A DNA stretch of 11,094 bases from Candidatus Heimdallarchaeota archaeon (GTDB lineage: Archaea > Asgardarchaeota > Heimdallarchaeia > Heimdallarchaeales > Heimdallarchaeaceae): the NCBI GenBank assembly GCA_019057375.1, contig DXJF01000078.1:1-11094 (forward strand), written 5' to 3'. Each line of letters starts with the position of its first letter. The first letter of the stretch is position 1. The position numbers and the translations under genes were made by a program. This document shows positions 6,913 through 11,094 of the stretch, piece by piece. The notes below the pieces were generated by a model. The model had not been told where the DNA came from. It was given only the letters and a program-made list of their open reading frames with translations, and ran no database searches.

Positions 6913-7215
6913 ATGAGTGAAATATTCTGTCCTAATTGTGGTAGTAAGCATACAGCGAAAGGTAAATTTTGTGAATTTTGTGGTCATGATTTAGAAGATG
7001 TGATTATTCAATATAAGAATGAGAAACTCCCTGTTCGTTACCAAGCTCCTGTTCAACAAAGTGGACCAGTTCAACAAGCTCCCCAATATCAGCAACAATA
7101 TCAGGAAAGAGACTACTATGACAACCGAAGACATAGACGCGATGATAGGGGATTCTTTGATGTATTATTCAGTATACTCTTCTTCTGGATGTGCTGCGGT
7201 CCCAGATGTGATTAA
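6913..7215 (+). CDS. Zinc-ribbon protein A with Q/P/Y-rich linker and Cys-containing hydrophobic C-terminal tail, 100 aa
   Basis: CPNCG...FCEFCG zinc ribbon, linker YQAPVQQSGPVQQAPQYQQQYQ, charged patch RRHRRDDRG, and tail FFDVLFSILFFWMCCGPRCD. Confidence 0.85.
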   Translation: MSEIFCPNCGSKHTAKGKFCEFCGHDLEDVIIQYKNEKLPVRYQAPVQQSGPVQQAPQYQQQYQERDYYDNRRHRRDDRGFFDVLFSILFFWMCCGPRCD

Positions 7216-7268
7216 ATAAAACAAATGTTTACTTTCTAAAGTTAACTTAGAGATAGTTATTTGTAGTT

Positions 7269-7285
7269 AAAAAAGGAAAAGAAGA
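7269..7285 (-). terminator. Pyrimidine/U-tract terminator of the surface-protein gene
   Basis: The minus strand reads TCTTCTTTTCCTTTTTT directly after the TAA stop. Confidence 0.45.
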
Positions 7286-8902
7286 TTATTTTCTTCTTTT
7301 AAAGATAAATAAGCCTGAAAGAGCAACAAACGATAAAACTACATAAATGAAGTTGATTGGACTTTCTTCAGTAACTGTTTCAAAAATTTCATCAGGATAA
7401 TCACTTGAATCATTAGGATTCGTACCATGAGCAACTTCCCAGCTATCAATGTGAGAATCACCATCTGTGTCATTGTTGAATGGTGAACAACCGTAGATAT
7501 ATTCAAGAAAATTGTTTAGAAAATCATTATCTGGGTCGTCCCAAGCATCATTTACAAGTGGATCAAGACCGTTCTCATCTTCCCAGTAATCGTTCATCCC
7601 GTCATTGTCGGAGTCGAAATTATTAGCCTTAGTCCCTAACAAGAACTCCTCTAAATTGTCTAATCCATCGCCATCTAAATCTAGTTCTGCATCGTCAAAT
7701 AATGGGTTTAATAAATTGTATACTTCATATCCATCTAGTATTAAATCATCGTCGCTGTCATCATCTTGGGGATCACACCAAAATTTGTATTCTTCAAGAT
7801 TAATGAGGTCATCAATGTCAGGATCCTCACTTGCATCATTTAGAAGAGGATTCAAACCGTTTTGAACTTCATAACCGTCTGGAAGTCCATCTGATTCATG
7901 ATCTGGGTTGTAAGGATCAGTAAAATAAACATAGATTTCATCGTATTCGTTTAGTTCATCTCCATCAGAATCAAATATTGGATAAGGGTCTCCTGTTCCT
8001 CCATCAATATCATAAGTTCCAGAACCTATATAATTTGACCAAAAGTTCCCACTACCGCCCTTAGCCCAAGTATTAACTCCTAATTCATCTTTTGCTTGAC
8101 TACCTCCTACTAAATTGTTTTCAATGAACCAATTAGCATGTACAACTATCCCAATTGTATCATAAAGTGTTACTCCATAATTGATGTTATAAAGGAAGAA
8201 ATTATCTCGTACAGTTCCTGTATCACAATCTCCCAGATATAATCCATAATTATTATTTATCCAAGTGTTGTCATAGATTTCTAGATTAAAACAATGAACA
8301 TATTGATCTCCATCATTTTCTTCAAATAAATTACTTTCAATTTCTAGAGAACCACAATTCACCATATCTAAAGCATTGAATGTTTCTGTAAAGTAATTAT
8401 TGCAAATATATAATGTATTAGCATTATCTCCATAGATTCCAGCACTCCCTGATGTAAAATTATTGGCGATTATATCCACCCAAGCAGTATAATTTAGATA
8501 CAAACCTTTCCCACCTCCAATGGGATCAAGTGTGTTACTTATCACAGTTGAATTTACACCAATTGTTGAACTGATTTTAACTGGATTTTCAGCTTTTATA
8601 AAGCAGTTTTGAATAATGAAGTAAACAGAAACTCCACTGATTAGAATACCAAATTCTTTATCCGTAGTAATATTTAGATTATCTATCAGAAATGGCGTTC
8701 CTGGTGATCCATCTCCAGCTATAAGTGGGTAGTTGTTAAAATCTGCATCTGAAGTAATATTGATAGGGCCATGGTTTATTAAAGCATTAAGTTTTACTAG
8801 ATCATATTCTTGTTCAATTTTCCCCTTAATTTTCAGGCTAACTGCAATCGAAAAAACCAAACTTGAAATAATCATGATTGATATGATATGATTCTTTTTC
8901 AA
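7286..8902 (-). CDS. Cell-surface protein: signal peptide, NosD-like parallel beta-helix, thrombospondin-type-3-like Ca-binding repeats and C-terminal membrane anchor, 538 aa
   Basis: SD GGTGA (8911-8907) lies 4 nt before TTG8902. Hydrophobic N-terminus, then HGPINITSDADF...GDGSPGTPFLIDNLNIT followed by I-x-x-N-x-F beta-helix repeats, eight DxDxDxL/I repeats, and the ending TEESPINFIYVVLSFVALSGLFIFKRRK. Confidence 0.88.
   Translation of the reverse strand: MKKNHIISIMIISSLVFSIAVSLKIKGKIEQEYDLVKLNALINHGPINITSDADFNNYPLIAGDGSPGTPFLIDNLNITTDKEFGILISGVSVYFIIQNCFIKAENPVKISSTIGVNSTVISNTLDPIGGGKGLYLNYTAWVDIIANNFTSGSAGIYGDNANTLYICNNYFTETFNALDMVNCGSLEIESNLFEENDGDQYVHCFNLEIYDNTWINNNYGLYLGDCDTGTVRDNFFLYNINYGVTLYDTIGIVVHANWFIENNLVGGSQAKDELGVNTWAKGGSGNFWSNYIGSGTYDIDGGTGDPYPIFDSDGDELNEYDEIYVYFTDPYNPDHESDGLPDGYEVQNGLNPLLNDASEDPDIDDLINLEEYKFWCDPQDDDSDDDLILDGYEVYNLLNPLFDDAELDLDGDGLDNLEEFLLGTKANNFDSDNDGMNDYWEDENGLDPLVNDAWDDPDNDFLNNFLEYIYGCSPFNNDTDGDSHIDSWEVAHGTNPNDSSDYPDEIFETVTEESPINFIYVVLSFVALSGLFIFKRRK
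7394..7972 (-). repeat. Eight protein-level DxDxDG-type Ca-binding repeats alternating 22-23 aa and 26 aa (193 aa in total)
   Basis: DSDGDELNEYDE.., DHESDGLPDGYEV.., DPDIDDLINLEE.., DSDDDLILDGYEV.., DLDGDGLDNLEE.., DSDNDGMNDYWE.., DPDNDFLNNFLE.., DTDGDSHIDSWEV.. Confidence 0.85.
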
Positions 8903-8952
8903 TCTATCACCAAAAGAATAGTACTTGAATTAAGTTCTTAAGTAATTTGTAG

Positions 8953-8967
8953 AAAATCAGTGATTTT
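8953..8967. promoter_or_regulatory. Perfect 7-1-7 palindrome in the divergent promoter region, possible operator
   Basis: AAAATCA-G-TGATTTT lies between the divergent starts at 8902 (minus) and 9050 (plus). Confidence 0.3.
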
Positions 8968-9016
8968 ATTAGTATAACTTACAGTTTACAAACTTTGAGA
9001 CGATTTTACGTCTATA

Positions 9017-9025
9017 TTTATATAT
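9017..9025 (+). promoter_or_regulatory. Archaeal TATA box of zinc-ribbon gene B
   Basis: TTTATATAT starts 33 nt upstream of ATG9050, the same 9-mer and nearly the same spacing as for paralog A. Confidence 0.55.
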
Positions 9026-9049
9026 CCTAAGAATTATGTATAATTTGTT

Positions 9050-9553
9050 ATGTCAGGAATTTTCTGTTCAAAATGTGGTGAAAAGCATACATCAGATGAT
9101 AGATTTTGTGAACATTGTGGTAATGATTTGGAACAAACAATCCTTAGATATAAACAGAAAAAATTGCCTATCAAATTTAATGATGAACATCTAACTCAAC
9201 CTCATAGAACCTCTCAAGATTCTCATGCTCCTCCTGTTCCTAAGAAACAGCGAAAAGTTGCAATTACAGTTCTTAGATTATCCTCTGTCTTACTATTAGT
9301 AACTTTCATATTACTTATTTCCTTTATCAGAACTTATGAGATTTGGTACTCTGCTATACTGGGGACAATAGGAGTGTTAACTTTAATCTCGATTATTACA
9401 ATCTCGGTAATTTCACCAGGTAGATCTAGTAGAACAGGTTGTTGGAGCTCAGATTGTTCTGGTTGTTGCGACTGTGGTGGATGTAGTTGTGCTGATTGCA
9501 CTAGTGATTGTGGAGGATGTGATTGCGGCGATTGTGGAGGATGTGATTGTTAG
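9050..9553 (+). CDS. Zinc-ribbon protein B with two TM helices and a Cys/Asp/Gly-rich metallothionein-like C-terminal tail, 167 aa
   Basis: CSKCG...FCEHCG zinc ribbon, two hydrophobic helices (VAITVLRLSSVLLLVTFILLISFI and IWYSAILGTIGVLTLISIITISVI), and tail CWSSDCSGCCDCGGCSCADCTSDCGGCDCGDCGGCDC. Confidence 0.85.
   Translation: MSGIFCSKCGEKHTSDDRFCEHCGNDLEQTILRYKQKKLPIKFNDEHLTQPHRTSQDSHAPPVPKKQRKVAITVLRLSSVLLLVTFILLISFIRTYEIWYSAILGTIGVLTLISIITISVISPGRSSRTGCWSSDCSGCCDCGGCSCADCTSDCGGCDCGDCGGCDC
9470..9550 (+). repeat. Coding tandem repeat DCGGC[S/D]C x3
   Basis: The exact 20-mer GATTGTGGAGGATGTGATTG occurs at 9506-9525 and 9530-9549 (period 24 nt). A diverged copy GACTGTGGTGGATGTAGTTGT starts at 9470. 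Confidence 0.85.
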
Positions 9554-9643
9554 TAATCTTGAACAATCATATTCATCGTTAAGAGTTGTTCGAAATTCTT
9601 CTTATTCATTATCTTTATTATTACCTAGAATTATTTGAAAAAT

Positions 9644-10624
9644 ATGAAACAAAATAAACTTGAATCTATACCAAAAAGAAAACTGGGAAAAACAGATATT
9701 GAAATAACTCCTATTGGTCAGGGGGTGATGCAGTTTGCCGGAGGTCATGGTTTCATGAAAATGGTCTACCCTGCACTTTCTGATCAAGAATCTAACGCTA
9801 TTGTAAAATCTGCTTTGGATAATGGTATAAATTGGTTTGATACTGCTGAAGCTTATGGTAAAGGAATTTCTGAGTCTAAATTATCTAAAGGATTACAAGC
9901 AGTAAGCAAAAAGGATGATGAGATTATTGTAGCTACCAAATGGATGCCTATGATGAGACGAGCTCGTTCTATTAAGAAAACAATAGATGACAGAAAAAAG
10001 TATCTTATTCCTTATACTATTGATTTACACCAAATACATATGCCTTATTCTTTATCATCTTTCCAAAAACAATTTGATGCAATGGCTGATCTTCTAGATG
10101 AAGGTCATATTCGTTCAATAGGTATCAGTAATTTTTCTGCTAAACAAATGATAAAGGCTCATGATATCTTAGCTGATAGAGGTCATGTTTTAGCTTCTAA
10201 TCAAGTAAACTATAGCTTAATAAAACGAAAAATTGAAAGCAATGGTGTATTAGATACTGCTAAAGAATTAGGTATAACGATTATCTCTTGGTCTCCTTTA
10301 CAAAGTGGTATTCTTACTGGAAGATTCCATGAAAATAGAGTACAAACCGAGAGTCTACTTATGGGAAGAAAAATGATGAGCAGAGGTAGTCTCAAGAAAA
10401 GTCAGAAATTAATTAACTTCATGGGTCTTATAGCTGATTTTCACAAAGTTACAATTGCTCAAGTAGCTCTAAACTGGCTAATTAATTTTCATGGTGATAC
10501 TGTAGTAGCTATTCCTGGATCAACAAAACCTGAACAAGCAGAACAAAATGGTCAAGTTATGAATTTTAAACTAACTAAAACTGAACTCAATGATTTAGAT
10601 GAACTTTCAAGAGATTTCCTTTAA
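9644..10624 (+). CDS. Aldo/keto reductase (resembles the plant pyridoxal-reductase-like AKR subgroup)
   Basis: LGKTDIEITPIGQG, WFDTAEAYG (catalytic Asp and Tyr), VATKW (Lys), IDLHQIH (His), SIGISNF, SNQVNYSL, SWSPLQSGILTG, AQVALNWL, VAIPGS. ATG9644 preferred over TTG9635. The subgroup call is from motif recall only. Confidence 0.93.
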   Translation: MKQNKLESIPKRKLGKTDIEITPIGQGVMQFAGGHGFMKMVYPALSDQESNAIVKSALDNGINWFDTAEAYGKGISESKLSKGLQAVSKKDDEIIVATKWMPMMRRARSIKKTIDDRKKYLIPYTIDLHQIHMPYSLSSFQKQFDAMADLLDEGHIRSIGISNFSAKQMIKAHDILADRGHVLASNQVNYSLIKRKIESNGVLDTAKELGITIISWSPLQSGILTGRFHENRVQTESLLMGRKMMSRGSLKKSQKLINFMGLIADFHKVTIAQVALNWLINFHGDTVVAIPGSTKPEQAEQNGQVMNFKLTKTELNDLDELSRDFL

Positions 10625-10631
10625 TCTCTTC

Positions 10632-11093
10632 CTACTTTGGTTCTCGTTTCATTCCCCAATGTTGTAGTTTTGTATTAGGAACTTTTCCTTCCTTTAGAAC
10701 TTTAAATCCATATTTTTGATACAATGGAATATTCACTTTAGTTTGAGTTTCTAGAAAACAGATAATTTTTTTATCATCAAATCGTTCAAACATTGGTTTA
10801 AGTAATTTGCTTCCAAATCCTTTCCCTTGCATTTCTGGAATTACACCTATAGGTGATAATTGATAATATGGTGGCTGCATGATAGAATTCCTAAAACTAG
10901 TTGTATAATGATTTATTTCATTAAATTTAGTCATAATTTCTCTACCTATTTTACTATAAAGTTTCATTCCTCCTGAGAGCGTCCCTCTCCAGTTACTAAT
11001 ATGTGCTTTTTTTCCAGGTAACCAGACAGCAACCCCATCAAATTCTTCGGATGTTGCATATACTTCTCCGTATTTAATTCCATAATTTATGCG
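10632..11093 (-). CDS. GNAT-family N-acetyltransferase, 5' end outside the window
   Basis: The frame stays open upstream of ATG10967 to the window edge (RINYGIKYGEVYATSEEFDGVAVWLPG...). Acetyl-CoA motif A is IGVIPEMQGKGFGSKLL and motif B is LETQTKVNIPLYQKYGF. Confidence 0.9.
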   Translation of the reverse strand, partial: RINYGIKYGEVYATSEEFDGVAVWLPGKKAHISNWRGTLSGGMKLYSKIGREIMTKFNEINHYTTSFRNSIMQPPYYQLSPIGVIPEMQGKGFGSKLLKPMFERFDDKKIICFLETQTKVNIPLYQKYGFKVLKEGKVPNTKLQHWGMKREPK

Positions 11094-11094
11094 A

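Noticed and set aside
7019-7219. 66-aa alternative-frame ORF
   Set aside because: Overlaps zinc-ribbon protein A, which is supported by its paralog and promoter.
7235-7251. Imperfect palindrome around AAGTTAACTT between convergent genes
   Set aside because: Short, AT-only core with no loop; expected by chance, and the U-tract already explains termination.
7605-7865. 86-aa Ser-rich plus-strand ORF
   Set aside because: Antisense of the Asp-rich repeats (GAT/GAC reversed gives TCA/TCG/ATC), a classic shadow.
9602-9787. 61-aa minus-strand ORF
   Set aside because: Antisense to the AKR start and its promoter; no motif support.
10210-10395. 61-aa minus-strand ORF
   Set aside because: Antisense shadow inside the AKR gene.
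5385-10624. Steroid-conversion pathway formed by SRD5A plus the AKR (as 3-HSD or 5-beta-reductase)
   Set aside because: The genes are 3.5 kb apart and not co-oriented in one operon. The AKR motifs look like the pyridoxal-reductase-like subgroup, not AKR1C/1D.
10632-10967. GNAT as a complete 111-aa protein or a pseudogene
   Set aside because: The frame continues without stops to the window edge with typical GNAT N-terminal sequence, so the gene is simply cut off by the window.
1-11094. CRISPR array, tRNA/rRNA, IS element or integrase
   Set aside because: No regularly spaced repeats, cloverleaf or rRNA-like GC-rich segments, terminal inverted repeats or transposase motifs were seen.

Overview
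AT-rich (roughly 30% GC by eye), gene-dense window with archaeal signals: TTTATATA/TTTAAATA boxes about 30 nt upstream of start codons, a GGTGA ribosome-binding site and pyrimidine-tract terminators. The gene repertoire suggests an Asgard (Heimdallarchaeia-like) genome, which is inference only. In order it holds: the 3' end of a Cu+-type P1B ATPase (copA); a small hypothetical protein with an uncertain start; a membrane-anchored Asp-box/BNR beta-propeller; a sequon-rich exported protein; lipoate-protein ligase (lplA); an orphan amino-methyltransferase (SPPY type); a eukaryote-like steroid 5-alpha-reductase (SRD5A/DET2 family); a conserved hypothetical protein; two paralogous zinc-ribbon membrane proteins flanking a beta-helix plus Ca-binding-repeat surface protein; an aldo/keto reductase; and a GNAT acetyltransferase cut by the window edge. 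No rRNA, tRNA, CRISPR array or transposase was seen. The most unusual feature is the zinc-ribbon pair. The two share a 43-aa N-terminal module and near-identical promoter geometry but end in different Cys-rich membrane tails: one is CYSTM-like, the other is metallothionein-like with 14 Cys in 37 aa.
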